64,000 nt of DNA from NCBI RefSeq assembly GCF_018977255.1, contig NW_024704743.1:55926001-55990000 (forward strand), written 5' to 3'. Below are positions 38,904-53,200 of this stretch, piece after piece. A program made the translations under genes and the position numbers. Each line of letters opens with the position of its first letter. Position 1 is the first letter of the stretch. The notes beneath the pieces were generated by a model. The model did not search any database. It was not told where the DNA came from and saw only the letters and a program-made list of their open reading frames with translations. Source of the DNA: Callorhinchus milii. Taxonomy: Eukaryota.

Positions 38904-41385
38904 GTAAGTCTGGTCTGGTCAAATGGACTTCTGTCTAGTAAAATGTGTAAATGTTCCGGCTGTCTGGAAGTCTGTCAGCAGACATCTTTCAGACACCTTT
39001 TATTGAAGAGCTTCGAAGAGACTGCAGATCTATATATATTTTCTTTAAACACAGAGTGGATTGTACTTAAAGAACAAAATGAAATCCCGATGAAGGAACA
39101 ATTAGTTCTCCCAGGAATTCTGTGCTTCAGAAAAAGATTATGATTGGGCCAGGGTTTGTTTTTCTTATATAGTGCAGATTAAAAACAGCCAGGTGGCAAA
39201 TACTCAAACCATTTAATCATTCGTTCAGCACGTAAATGAGAACATGAGACAGAAACCTGGACCTGTAATATTATAGCAATTAGCTGTTGTCTAGGTGAGA
39301 TTTGCCAGTGTATTGGTTGTGCTAACAGATGATTGGGGAACATTTCTTGCTGGATGCATGGACTGTAAACAATGGGTTTGAGCATTGGTTTAATACACAG
39401 GAACTTTAGATGGGACCTGGCCGAATAGGGATGGGAAAGGGAGGTGGGAAGGAGCATTGATCGAGAATCGGTACATTTATCAACCTTGGCAGTAAATTAG
39501 AAATATCCGCTAAGCTATCACCACCAAGGTTGGTAAATTTAGTGAACGTGGGACATGCTTGCACTGCTAATGTCAAATGTTGGGAGAATTTTCTTCTCCA
39601 TCCCCCCAACTCCCTATTGTGTGGAGTTAAAATTGAAATTCTGTCTAACACATTTTAATATTATTCCAGGGCTACCCTGATGTCTGTACAGCTGAAGCTA
39701 AAACAGTGCAGTCAATTTGAACCAAATCTGTAAATACTTGGAAGATAATTATTTCAATATTACCTTTACCAGAATGTCCTCTGCATATCCTGCCTAAATA
39801 TGCAACAGGATCCTCTTACATTATTTAAAACCTTCGCTTTCAATGAACCTCCAATTTGGATCTCTTACTTGTATCCGCAACAGACCACAGCAAACTAAAG
39901 GAAAAAGTATATATTCTGCCAAGGAGTTGTTTAAATTCAATTCCATTTTAATAGACATTATTGTCCCTGTATATCTTCCCCACTGCACACATTGTTTGTA
40001 GCAAACGTATCTTTTTACAAGAACAAATAATGCATTTATATAGTGTCTTTCATGTTGGGGGAACATCCCAAAGCGCTGGGCAGTCGAGATTTTGCACCGA
40101 AACTTGGGGTTAGATTAAGGGGCCAAAGGTGGATGATGTGAGAGGAGAAAACATTTACTCAGTCTCAGAATTGGAAAATGGAAGAGATTAGCTTGAATTT
40201 TTTTTAAATACACACAAAATGAGTGTTTCAATTCAATAAAGAATCGTGGGATTATCCAGACTAAATGTGTAATCAAAATACAATATAATAACAGTAGGAA
40301 TTGGTGAAGATTCCTTCAGGTACACAGTCACATATACACATTCTTACTTGAACACACTGTATTGTCAGGTTCACCTACAAAACACACTGTCACTACATTT
40401 TTACAGTGTACTGTACTTTGTGAATCGCTTCAAGATATCTTGCCCGTGTGAAAGGCGCTATATCAAATGTAAGGATTACTATTATGTACACCCATACACT
40501 CACTCAAGCAAACATAAACACACTCACACACACACCTATAATGTGGAATACTCTCACTTACGTACTTAGATATAATACATATTACTACAACATAGACAAG
40601 CTTATTCATTCTTATAAACACATTGCATATTCACTCACCCACCCAAACATACTCACAAATGCTTAGGCACATGCATCACTTCACAGATAGGCACTTGGAT
40701 ACAATATATCAATGAACCCTCACCTACATATTTGGGCACACTCACTGGCAGATTGGTGATAATTAAGGATGGCAAATATATTGAAAAACACTTCAATTTT
40801 GACCCTGGTAAATGCACTTGCTAAAAAGTCGGTTCCTTTCTCTCTACCCTAGAATAAAATTGGGATGGGCATTCTCAATCCTGCATGATGCCTCGCAGAA
40901 CAAAATTATCTACTGTATAAGGTGGCACTAAGTTAACAATCTCACTCAGAGGGTCCCCAAAGATTGTTGTTATGAAAAATGTAAACATTTCCAGTACAAG
41001 TGCTTTTCCACGGTCTTTGCTAAGCACATTGTTGGGGTTTCTGTAGACTACTACTGACTTTGGAGCACTTGACCCTGAGACCTGGTGAGTGAAAATAATA
41101 ATCCATTCCTTCAACGCCACCATCACACATCAAGATGGGCGCAATTCACGAAAGTAAAAATTGTAATACCAGATTTCAAATTATACCCTGCAATGCCACC
41201 TTTCATCGGAAATGAGCAACAGGGAAATTATCAGCTACTGAAATGCAATATTAGGTGAGATTTTATTTCCCTGAAATGTAATTTGATTTGATGTCTATTG
41301 CTCATGGAACTTGCTGCACCCTTCTGAACTGTAAAGAATGAATAGCTTGTACTTGGAAGCAACTTTTATTTTTTTCATCCTTCAG

Positions 41386-41451
41386 GGCGGAATCAGTACT
41401 GTATTGACAAGAACTATGCTGGAACTCTTATCATTTGGGACAGGATCTTCG
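41386..41451 (+). CDS. AGMO: AGMO coding exon (~exon 7), 66 bp
   Basis: tttttcatccttcag|GGCGG...TTCG|gtatgt; (G)RNQYCIDKNYAGTLIIWDRIF(G). Confidence 0.96.
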
Positions 41452-41681
41452 GTATGTTGAAAAGTTTCAGCTGCCTTGGCAAAGACACTTGTCTTATTCA
41501 CCTTACAGAACTGCCTGGAATCCAGCAAACAGCAGGGTAGCTGGAAACATCAGCCACAAAACAAACATAGGCTCCATTTTGTTGGCTTTTAAGGTCCATA
41601 GAAACAAAATCAGTTCTGGCTGCTTCACTGAACTTCATTCTCTTGTGAGCCTCCTGTGATCTTCTCCTACCCCACTCTTCT

Positions 41682-41998
41682 TAATAATATAATAATGATC
41701 CTTGCATTTGATATAGTGCTTTTCACGTCTTCTATCCGTCTCAAAGCGCTTCACAGAATATGCTGTAAAGTGAATTGACTGTATATTTGTGGGTGAAACG
41801 CAGCAGCCAATTGTGCACAGCAGTGTCCCACAAACAGTCGTGGATTGAAGATGACCAATTTATTATTGTTTTGTTTTGGAGGGATTATTATTGGGAGTGT
41901 GGAGTAAGGAAACTTGCCCAAGGTTTCACCCTGCCTGGAATTGAACTCAGGTGTCTCACTTGCAAGGCGAGTGATCTAACCATTGAGCTACAGGACTT
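41682..41998 (-). mobile_element. tRNA-derived SINE
   Basis: Reverse-complement match to the same family with an older tail variant. Confidence 0.9.
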
Positions 41999-44209
41999 CT
42001 TCTCTCCCTCCTCAATTCATTTTACAGTATATTCTGTGAAGTACTTTGAGACATCTCAAAGACATGATAAGGCGCTGTATCAAATGCAAGGATTATTATT
42101 ATTATTAAGCGTAGTACTCTCTGCAGTCTGTTCCACAGTACTTCATGGCACTACTGATGACTGACGAGTCAGCCTGGCTCATCAGCAGACAGTGATGTAT
42201 ACTGGTAGAAGGGATTCTTCTTCTCCTGTTAACCCTGTAAGTCACAGAAGAAACGAGTAGGGTGATCCTAAGTGGACAAGTGTCTCAGTATTCACAATGG
42301 CAAGCTGTGTGATTTTAGCTAATTAAACTTCAGATGTCCCCCCAATTCACACACTGACGTGCCCAAGTCTTGAATCTCGTCAACTTGTACCTAATATAAT
42401 AAAAATAAAAAATAATAAATTGGTCGCTTCAATCCACAATTGTTTGTGGGACACTGGGTTTGATTCCCAGGCATGGTGAGGCCTTGGACGGGTTTCCTCA
42501 TTCTGCTGTTTGCCTAGTGTAGAGTGGGAACCCAGTTGTTCGGCGATTGGCGGATTGCTTTCTGGGGGTAATAATCCCTTCAAAAAATATATATAATTAA
42601 AATAATAACAATTTGGTCATTCAATCCACAACTGTTTGTGGGACACTGCTGTGTGCCCACAAAACACACAGTCACTACACTTTACAGTATATACTGTGAA
42701 GCGCAAGAATTATTATTATAATATATGTGGAATTAGATAAGCTGGGTGCTCCCTCCAGGGAAAGTAAACGTTCCATTAGAGACACAAATAAATTTCCACG
42801 TGTAGGTGGAAAACCGTATCCAAACCAGACTAAGAGTTCCGGATATTTTTGTAATCTTGTTTCCCCTCTCCACTCCCATCAGCTCCCAACCCCAGCTCAG
42901 ATGCTAGTCATTGCTGTTAAGCTTTGTGCGACGTACTCCCAACATGAAAAGTACTCTATAAATGTAAATTTCTAGTACATTGTATTGATACTCCTAATCA
43001 TGGCAATGGGGTTATGAATGTGCCAGATACCAAGCTAACCAAAAAAAAATAAAGGGTTCAGCCAAAAGTTCAGTCTGAAAGCACAGACTGCATTTCCTCC
43101 AACTCCCTTCCCCAATTTGTTTTGATTCCTAGTGGTACTCAGAGAGGTGGATTGTGCACAGGAAATCTCCAAGAATTTTCCCTTTCTGAGCTAACACACC
43201 TACCATGCCAACAGATACTCTGTCAAGAAATCGAAACAGAAACATAGGATATACAGGATAAAGCACAGAAGCAGCTTATTCTGCCCATCGTATGTGCATT
43301 GGTACTATTGCAACTATCAGCTCCAACCCCATTCCCTTGCTCTTTCCCCTAAACGTTTAATATTATTTTCACTCAAATATTTATCCAATCCCTTTTAAAA
43401 TGCTGTTATGCTTGGCTTCAAGACCGATTTGTGGTGAAGCAAAAAGTATTGGCAGCACTTATGGGAAAAAAGAATTTCCTCGTTTCAATTTAAAAAAAAT
43501 CAATCTTCCAAAAGTCTATGGTTTGCCTTTTTTCCCAAAAATAAATGGATTTTGTTCCCAGAGAGAGAATGGCCTCAGTATTTATACTACACAAGGATCA
43601 TCCACCCCCAACATCCCCATGGAATTCCATCTGAAGAAAATATATCCAACAGGGTCATTCATATTTATCTAGTGGCTCAAATGGAGTGCCCCCTTGTTGA
43701 ATAGAACAGTGCAATTATTGAATCCATGCCCATGGTAACATTGATTTGGAAGTATCATTCAGGTCAGCATCTTCTGTAGCACAGATCTCTAGTGTTTCCC
43801 ATCTTGCCAAACTCTGAAATTCTTCCAGGAAGGTATCCCACATTAAAAGTTACCCAGCCAACCTTAACTTATCTTCAATGTGGTATCAGGGTCAATGATG
43901 TGATAATTTAATTAAAGGATTTCTGAATGAAAAAATCCGGAGTTCAGGAACCCGTCTCCCAGGCTCCAACCCTATATTTAGATCAGGATTCCTGCGTATG
44001 ACATACTTTCAGTTGCTGTAAGGAAACCCCACTCTGATTTCTGATTCATCTGTAAAATAAGAAATCAATTAATAAATCAGTAAAATTGGCCCAAACACTT
44101 TCTTCCTATGTAAATAATAGAAGTTAGACTTACAAGCATGATATATGATGCTCATGTACAGCTATAAATCATGATGTTTTTGTGAATATATCACTATTTC
44201 TCTTTACAG

Positions 44210-44289
44210 GAACTTTTGAACCAGAAAGTGAGAAAGTCATCTATGGCCTAACTCACCCAATCAATGCATTTGAACCTTTCTGGGTGCAG
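44210..44289 (+). CDS. AGMO: AGMO coding exon (~exon 8), 80 bp
   Basis: tttctctttacag|GAACT...GTGCAG|gtaaac; (G)TFEPESEKVIYGLTHPINAFEPFWVQ. Confidence 0.96.
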
Positions 44290-44435
44290 GTAAACATTCT
44301 TGCATACAAATGAATATATTTATGAAGGTTTATTGTGATGTTTGTGTTGAAGGTGGTGTTGGTTTGGCTCAATTGGTACACTCTTCTATGGGTTAGACAG
44401 TTGTGAATTCAAGTACTTTAAACAATAGCCTACAC

Positions 44436-44525
44436 CAGTGGTGGCCAACCTTTTTGGTCAGCCAAACAAATAAATATTTTTTCATTATACTGATGCATTG
44501 GCCCATGGACCACTTTTGGGAGGTC
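44436..44525. mobile_element. hAT/Charlie-type MITE remnant
   Basis: Starts CAGTGGTGGCCAACCTTTT; ends ggcccatggaccacttttggga, resembling Charlie-family ends. Confidence 0.5.
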
Positions 44526-44687
44526 AAGAAGTGACCTGCCGATAACCTGCATTAGTCCAGGCAAGGCCACATCAAATCAATGTCTTGTTCCCAGTAGCTA
44601 ACAAGCTGCAATATCCATGGAACGGCCATAAATGAAGAAAAATTCAATAAAGAAAAATGTATTTGGTTGCCCAACCAAAGAGGAAGT

Positions 44688-44817
44688 ACAAAACAAAAAG
44701 TACTGGAGATGCTGGAAATCTGAAAACAAAAACAGAAGTCGCTGGGAACACTCAGCAGGTCAGGTAGCATCTATGGAGAAAAGAAAGTGAGTCACGTTTC
44801 GAGTCCACGACCCTTCA
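44688..44817. mobile_element. Penelope-like element terminal fragment
   Basis: gatgctggaaatctg...actcagcaggtcaggtagcatctatggag...acgtttcgagtccacgacccttca resembles the abundant chondrichthyan PLE terminal repeat (from memory). Confidence 0.7.
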
Positions 44818-47518
44818 AAAAGAAAATACCATTACATTGTCCAAAAATGGAGTCATCCAAATAAGACTTTAACTAAGTCTGCCTGTTTTTTGGTTGGCAA
44901 TAAAAAATCCAATGACTGTTTTAAAAGTAAATTTCTTCCAGTGACTAATCAAACAGATCAATCCTGGCAGCAAAACCTAATACTCAAAGATTTAGTTTTT
45001 TTAAAAAAGATCACAATCTGAAGATGTTTCATTCACTTCATGACTGTTTGAGGGACGTTGTTGTGTACAAATTGGATGGCACATTTGCCAACAAAATGCA
45101 CAGTCACCATACTTTACAGTAAATCACATGTAGCACTTTCAGACATTTTGATAATGTGATCAGGTGCTTTATCAATTGAAAGGATTATAATGTATATTAT
45201 TAAAAACTTGTGTTAGTTCATCTTAAGGTTGCTGATACAATGAAAAGTTAACCTCATGTCTGTTTTGGGACTTTGCTGTGTGCAAATGGTTGCTGGATTT
45301 ATCTTTACAAAACCAGTCACTACACTGTTAGAAATTCCTTGTGAAGCCTTTTTAGATATTTGGACATGATGAAGTCCAATAAGAAAGCAAGTTAGCTAAC
45401 GTGTATTAGCAATACATTTACTGGAGACTCGCACTAACCCAGGGTCTGACTTCATTCTCTTCTATATTGCAAGCCAAGGAAAATTTAATTCCTCCGAGGT
45501 AAACTTGAATTTAACAGAATGCATATGTTAATATTAAACAGGATAATGCAGAGTAAACTGCTTGTCAGATAAAAGACACCTGATACTTTTAGCATACATT
45601 TTGGAAAGAAAAGCCCCAACAATTACTTCACCCAGTGGCGGATCGTGTTGACAGCTTGGACGTTTCCTGTGGTTCTGGAATGGAATATTAATCTACTCTA
45701 TGGAAAAACAAATTTTATATGCTTACCTATTGCTGAGGAAGAAATTGTCATCAACTTGTATTAGAATCAGCAGATTGAAATCTGGGATTTTTAAAAAATA
45801 TTAATTTACTTATATATTTTTCAATAAATAATAACCCCTTTAAAAAAATGTTGTCACTTAATTCATGACTGTTTGTGGGACACTGCTGTGTGCAATTGAC
45901 TGCCACATTTCGCCCAGTCAATTCACTTTACAGTATATTCTGCGAAGTGCTTTGAGACGTTTCGAAGATAAAGCACTATATCAAATCCAAGGATTATTAT
46001 TTATTATTTATTATCTTCCGTTGAGATCCTATTGGTCTATCTCCATTGTTACATGTTGTTCTTTGACGTAGAAGACCGCAATGATATTATCAAAGAGACT
46101 AGACGGTGAACATATCGCTCCCCTTGTGAAGTCATGTCAACATTGAGAGAATATTCCACCTGGGTCTAAAATTACTCTATTTATGTAACATTTCTGAGGG
46201 GTCAGAATTTGGAAAATTCCTAAATGCAGCTTTAACTTTGAACATAGTTTTCTGTAAGTTCGCTCAGAGCAAGGATTCTTCCCACTCAGCTCCTGTTAAC
46301 CCTACAAGATTGTTTCTCTCAATGCTTCATGTAACTTCAGTGATTTTAGGACATCTAGATTCTGGTCAGCTTTAATTAGAATACACATTTGCCTGCAAAT
46401 ACAGTAAATACAGTACAGTCACTACATTTCACAGAAATCTTGTGAAGTCTTTTGAACTCATGAATTCTTAGGTGCTATATCAAATGTAATGATAATTTTA
46501 AAAAATTATCATAGTGCAAACTTGTCTTAAAATATGAATCGTATCCCTGCTTCTTATAATGATATGCAATGCAATCCTACATTATCTTTTGAAAAAATAT
46601 TTGTTCTGCTTATTCACTCTAAAAACAACTGAGTTTGCATTGCCTAAATGTACTGCAATGACCTACAAGCATACATTGCCAGTGGGTCTGCTACACATGA
46701 GAAAAACAGATAAGCGGTCAAAGTGCCTCGACCTAAGTTTATACGTGCTAAAAAAAATGGTTTCCTAGAAGGTTTGAGGAACAGGGTCCAATTCCTACAG
46801 AAACCACCCAGTTTCAATTTCATAGAATAACAAAGATTTTCGAATAGAGTAAATTCCTTTTGCAAGCCTTGGTTGCAGAGCAATTGAAAATAGGATATTT
46901 TGTAAAGGTTCTCACTTCATGGGGAAGCTTTAAAATGATTATTGCTGCATGTTGGATATGGTAGAATGTTGGCACTTAAACAGGAATGGGGAAATAATAA
47001 TAATCATCATCCTTGCATTTGATATAGCACTTTTCACATTGGGAGGACATCTCAAAGTGCTTCACAATATAATGCAAAGTGTTGTGACTGTGTATTTTGT
47101 AACTATAAATTTGTGCTTCAGCAGTAACCTATACGTAAATTACATCCTTTAATGTAAAAAAACTGTCTTAAAGATTTTACAGAATGAGGTCAATTAGAAA
47201 TGAAATGTATTTTTATTATTTAGGCAAATGTGGCAGCTATATTACTGTAAAATGACAATGAGATGAATAGTCCAGAATATCTTGGGAATATCTTTTGTCC
47301 GAGAGATTACAAAGAAACTGCATTACACATTGTACATATTGGATCACTTTTCCAGGATAAACAGTTATGAGCTACAATGTGCTGAATTAAACAGGGCTGA
47401 GAGCTCGTCTGTGATAACCAGCACGGGCTGAGACTGCCCTCTTCTTGTGGGAAGAATGAGATTGAGAAGAGACCAATAATAGTTCATTTTGTGTAACTCT
47501 TGTTAATGTTTTTTCCAG

Positions 47519-47653
47519 CTCCATCACTTGCTTTACATTTGGAAGACATTCTGGGCTACCCCTGGCATAAGTAACAAACTTTCTGTCGTCTTCAAGGGAC
47601 CGGGATGGGAGCCAGGCAAACCCAGACTTGGCTGTCCCGACGATCTTCCTAAG
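47519..47653 (+). CDS. AGMO: AGMO coding exon (~exon 9), 135 bp
   Basis: gttttttccag|CTC...CCTAAG|gtatgc; LHHLLYIWKTFWATPGISNKLSVVFKGPGWEPGKPRLGCPDDLPK. Confidence 0.96.
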
Positions 47654-48149
47654 GTATGCAATGCCAGACTTTGTTTATATAAGTTTACAGATAAAACAAT
47701 GCTCTGGATCACACAATTAAGGCCACCACTTTTTGTAGACAAGCCAAATATTTCAGAAGTAAAAAATCAGCCTCATGTTTAAAATGCTCATTATTGCGTT
47801 CGGTCACAAATCTCATTCTGCAGTTCATTCCAATTTATTCAGTACAATTTAAAAAGTCAATCAACATAAAGCTGCACTTCTGCTTAAAGCCAAAGTTATC
47901 CTATAATTAAACTTATCTCATACCCAGTCTGTTGCTTTCTCTGCAAAATACCGTGCTTACAGCACTGTTTAGTTATGAAGCTGTTTAACGTATGAGAGAA
48001 TTAGTTTCCACCTATAGAGCATCATTTGTTTACTCACCATCGATCTTCACTCTTTATTCCTGGATCCACTCTGTGATGGAAGGTCACATGAGATCAAAGA
48101 CCAGAGGTTAGTGGCAAGAATGCATAAAGTGTCCATTAACTGTCCTTCA

Positions 48150-49262
48150 TCAATTTCAAGATCTTCTCACCCATCTACAAATCCTTTCATGCCCTGGCAC
48201 CTCCCTACCTTTCTGACCTGCTTCCTCCCCACTTCACTATCCGCTGCCTCCACTCAGCTAGCTCTGGTCTCCTGCTCGTCCTTGTCCCCTCCTCTCTACA
48301 ATCAGCGACCATGCTTTCAGCCATTACGCCCCCAAAGCTTTGGAACTCTCTCCATCAATCCCTCTACCTTGTCATCTTCTTTCCCTCTTTTAGATCACAA
48401 ATGAAGACCTTCCTCTTTGACCGTGCTTATGGTCACCTCCCCCACCCACCGCCACCAGCACCGGCTCAGCATCAGACTCCGTCAATGTTAAGTGCTCCGA
48501 GACTCTGCACCACGTGAAGGGTGCTATATAAATCTAAGTTGTTGCTGTTATTAGAATTAGTCCATGTCTACAAACAACAACAGCAATTTATATGTATATA
48601 ACGTCTTTCATGTCAGGACAATGTCTCAAAGAGCTTCATTGGGAGCTAACTGGTAGCCTGAGCTGGGGATAAGGAGGAGGAGAAAGGTAGCCAAAAGCTC
48701 AGTCAAAGAAATGGCTCTCAAGGGAGGGAGGAAGGATGGTGATAAGGCAGAGGGACTCCAGGATTGGGATTCCAGAGAGCGGAGCAGAATGGTTGAAAGC
48801 TCACCCACTGTTAGTGGGGCAGAATGTATGGGGTGTGAAGTCGTCCAATGTTTGTTGAATGAAGGGAGCACCAGGTCAGTAAGGTCACAGAGGTAGGCAA
48901 GTCAAGGCCGTAGAGGAATTTTAAAGCAAGGACGAGGATTTTGAATTTAATTCGCTGAGGAATGGGGAACCAATAGAGTTGGGAGTAATGAGATCATGGA
49001 GCCTGGTGTGAGAAAATACATGGGCTTCAAACATCTGGATAATCTTCAGTTAGTGTAGAGAGGAGCTGTGGAGTCCGGCGAAGTTGAGTTAATGAGCCTG
49101 AAGGTGATGAAGGTGCGGGTGAGGGTCATAGTGGCCTGAAGGGAAAGGTAGTGGCAGAGGTGGGTGATATAGGGTGTTGAGGGAAAGCAGAGCAAGTGAG
49201 AATCTGGTTGTAGGGTTTGAATGACAATTGCGAGTCGAACAAGACACCAAGGGTTCCTAGAA
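48150..49262. mobile_element. Tail-to-tail L2 pair (48150-48550 +, 48570-49262 -)
   Basis: PKLWNSL/MKTFLFDRAYG on +; the antisense copy begins with a (CAA)n tail. Confidence 0.82.
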
Positions 49263-49409
49263 CCCTTAAAAAAAACTTTAAATCCTTAGGTTCTGTAACT
49301 TCAAAACAGGTGAAGGGTGCAGCAGTTTTTTCAGAGATAGGCTTCATTAACTAACACCCACCTGGCGAAATGCAATCATGAGACAACAGAGGGAAATTAG
49401 AGTTTTAAA

Positions 49410-49632
49410 TAATAATAATAGTAATAATTCTTACATTTGATATAGCACCTTATAATAATAATAATAATCCTTCCATTTGATATAGCGCTTTTCATGTCGG
49501 GAGGACGTCCCAAAGCGCTTCACAGAACACACTGTAAAGTGAATTGACTGTATATTTGTGGGCGAACGCGGCAGCCAATTGCGCACAGCAATGTCCCACA
49601 AACTTATCACGTCATAGAGACTTCTCAAAGCC
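49410..49632 (-). mobile_element. Young SINE 3' half (49452-49602) nested in an older SINE tail
   Basis: The older tail gatatagcacctta...cttatcacgtcatagagacttctcaaag is split by a young copy. Confidence 0.8.
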
Positions 49633-52270
49633 TTTAAATTTGTAAATATAAAATAGATTTAAATATATAAATAGATTTAAATAACATTTGGTTATATTCA
49701 GGGATTTATGAATCCACTGAGCTACCTGTGAAATGCTTGTCCTCTGGAATAATGATACTTATAATTATATTACTTTGTCCTCTGTGCCATGATAAACACT
49801 CCATTGTACAAAAGAACGGAATTTGCACATTGAAGGCTGTACAGAATTCAGTGTATGCAGAATGCAGTGATGCAGGATTGCTTTAAAGTAATGCATTTCT
49901 TAACTTTACTACATCTGCACCTGGGGTGCAAAGAAAAGATTTTAACGGGGAGGGTGGGGGGGCAGCGCTAGATTTATTCTATTTATGTAGCCTTTATAGC
50001 ACCTGCAATTTGGCAACTTATTATATTTAGTCTTACATTTGAATCACGTTTTCGGCAGTTCTTAAAATAATCTTACGGCTTCTTGGTAAAGATTATATTT
50101 AAGAGTGTATTGAATGTATTGAATCTGAAATGTTAAGAAAATAGTGCAACTTTCTCCCACAGAAATTACCAAAATAATTCTATATTCACTCTATTTGTTG
50201 CCATACATGTATTGAACTCCTGCTTATTTTGCTGGTCAGAGGTTAAGAATGTATAAATGAAAGAATTCACAAATAGCTGCAAAGGAACCTATAAAATGTA
50301 CAATCAAAGGAAGTTTGTGTAACCAGTCTGACCAGGCCCTGCCCAGCATTGTTTAGTGCGCTGAAGAAATCTCAATAGTAATTTTATGAGCCATACTTTT
50401 TGAGGAAATAACAAGAGCCACAGAGTAAAAGGTCACTGGAAAGTACATCAACCTACGGTTTTCAAATATAAGACTTTAAGAAAGAGTAACAAGTTTTAAT
50501 ATGTTTATGCATTTATCCATCAACTTTGGGGACAAGATAGAGAGCTCGCCTCAAATGTAAGTTGTATGTAGTTGACAGATCACCAAGATTGGTTTGGATG
50601 AAGACCTGTTGGTCCATCTGATCCCATCCTCCCAGAACACCCAACCTGCAGTTCTCCTATCATAGCATCAAGCTGTTTTTTGGAATGAGTGTAATGTCAT
50701 GGCCTCAACCACCTTTCTTAGCGTCCTGTGGATCTTAGATCCTGATCATTTGAACAGAGTTGAAATGTTCACCTTTGATAGCATTTCAATCCATGAATCC
50801 AAATTGAGAGATGTACACTTACATGAGGTCCATGTTATGAGGTCCACACCTACTTGATGTTTGCAGTTCTCCTTAAAGGCATTTGATATTTACAAATTGA
50901 ATAGGAGATGAGCAATATTTCAGGGTAGCTATAAATTGTTGATTGAACTATAATACTTTTTTTAACTATTAAAGGTAATAGATTGGAGTATTCAAACTCA
51001 ATCCTTATTGCCAAACAGGCAACATTTTCAATTCAATTTCAAATGTAGCTGTGGCCCCTCATATTGATATTGCTGGACTCATTTTAATACATATAAATCG
51101 GATATTGTACGCGATCAACAACAATAACAACAAATTACATTTGTACAGCACCTTTCAGCACTTCTATCAAAGACCCTTCCACACAGAGTGATACTTTCAA
51201 ATCCTACCATGGTTTCACCCCACCTTACCTGTGGGTATTTGGCCCTCTTCAACCCTGCTCAACTGGCTGCTTCCTTTACTCAGTGAACACTGACATGCTT
51301 CTTGTCTTCCCACCCTATCTACCCACTATCAGAAGGCAGACGTTTAGCCATTCTGCCCCAGTTCTCTGGAACTCCATCCTTCAGTTCCTCTGATTCGATC
51401 CCTCACTCACCTCATACAAATTTGACTGTGTTTTTTGTTCGTCTTTCCCCTTTCCACCCCGTTCGATTTCCAATCCCAGCTCAGGTGCTCAGTTTGCAGT
51501 AGCAAGCACTTTGCTGTATAAATGTAAATTGTATTGTATTGATACTGCACACAAACAAGCCATTTAGCCCAAATAGTTATTTTTCACGATTTTACTAAAG
51601 CATGATATTTGAAACCTTCAGTTACTGAAAAGTTTTATTCTTTACAATATGATTTTCACAATTGATTGTTCAAAAAACAGGTAAAATTAATGTTTTTTTC
51701 TTAACCCATTTGTTGTGTTAATGAGCCCAAGGAATGGGTTAAGAAACATTGTCAATTTTACTCCAATACTTTTTTAATATACTTTAAATGTGTGTTAAAT
51801 TACAGTTTCTCCACTCTCAATTTATATAGTAATTTAGAAACTAGGAATGTCCTCAACTGTTTAAAAAGGTGTGGTGTCTGTGGTACTCACCAAAGTCGAT
51901 CCACCCACTCACTGAAAAAGTTTTATTCCTGACTAACTTCCAAACAATTGTTTGTGAATAGCTCATTCTGCACAGCGCTAATGAGTGTATTTTAGATGAG
52001 AAAAGGACTGAAATCAACTTTGAAGCCTCACAATTGACTAGTTTCCTGGGGTTTTGTACTTAGGCTCTTCTAAGAGTAAGCACCTTTTGACCGTACTTAG
52101 CGTCACCTCTTCCCTTCCCCTGGTTCAGTACCAGGCTCCTCCACTGTTAAGTGTTCCAAGAATCTGCCCCGGTGAAGGGTGCTAATTAAATGCAAGTTGT
52201 TGTTGTAGACTGAGACAAATGGAGATTTGGGCAAGGTAATGGAGGGCATGTATCCATTACACAACTCATA

Positions 52271-53200
52271 GTGTATTTGAATTTTCAGAAGGCATTCGAC
52301 AAAGTGCCACATAAAAGGTTGTTATTTAAGATTAGGGTTTATGGAATTAAGAGTAATATATTAGCATGGATCGAAGAATGGTTAACAGGCAGAAAACAGA
52401 GAGTAGGGATAAACGGGTCCTTCTCAGATTGGCAGGTTGTGACTAGTGGAATTGGATTGGCAGGTTGGAACTAGTGTTAGTATTCAGAGGAATTTAGGTA
52501 TCCTTGTACACCAATCACAGAAAGTTAGTATGCAGGTACATCAAGCAATCCGGAAGGCTAATAGGATGTTAGAGTTTATTGCAAAGGGGTTTAGAGTACA
52601 AGAGCAGGGAAGTCTTGCTGCAATTGTATAGGGCCTTGGTGAGAGCGCACCTGGAATATTGTGTGCAGTTTTGTTCTCCTTTCTAAGAAAGGATATACTC
52701 ACCTTAGAGAAGGTACAAAGTAGGTTCACTAGGTTGGTTCCTGGAATGAAGGGGTTGACCTACAAGGAGAGATTGAATAGACTAGGCCTATATTCTCTAG
52801 AATATAGGAGAATTAGAGGTGATCTTATAGAAACCTATAAGATTCTTAAGGGTCTTGACAGGGTAGATATTGTGAGACTTTTCCCCCTGGTTGGAGAATC
52901 TAAAACTAGGGGTCATAGTCTCAGGATTAAAGGTCAGCCTTTTAGAACTGAGTTGAGAAAACATTTTTTCACGTAGAGGGTAGTGAATTTATGGAATTCT
53001 CTAACCCTGAAGCTGTAGATGCTCAGTCATTGAAGCATATTCAAGACTGAGATCGATAGATTTTTAAAAACTAAAGGGATATGGGGATAGGGCTGGTAAA
53101 TGGAATTAGGTTAGAAGATCAGCCATGATCTTATTAAATGGCAGGCCAGGCTTGAGGGGCTGAATGGCCTACTCCTGCTCCTATTTCTTATGTTCTTATG
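52271..53200 (+). mobile_element. CR1 LINE 3' fragment with the RT core deleted
   Basis: YLNFQKAFDKVPHKRLL..W..WLTGRKQRVGING; LEKVQSRFTRLVPGMKGLTYKERL...RGHSLRI; (TTCTTATG)2 tail. Confidence 0.93.

Noticed and set aside
39474..39538. 15-bp inverted repeat (atttatcaaccttgg / ccaaggttggtaaat)
   Set aside because: Short, with a long loop and no other support.
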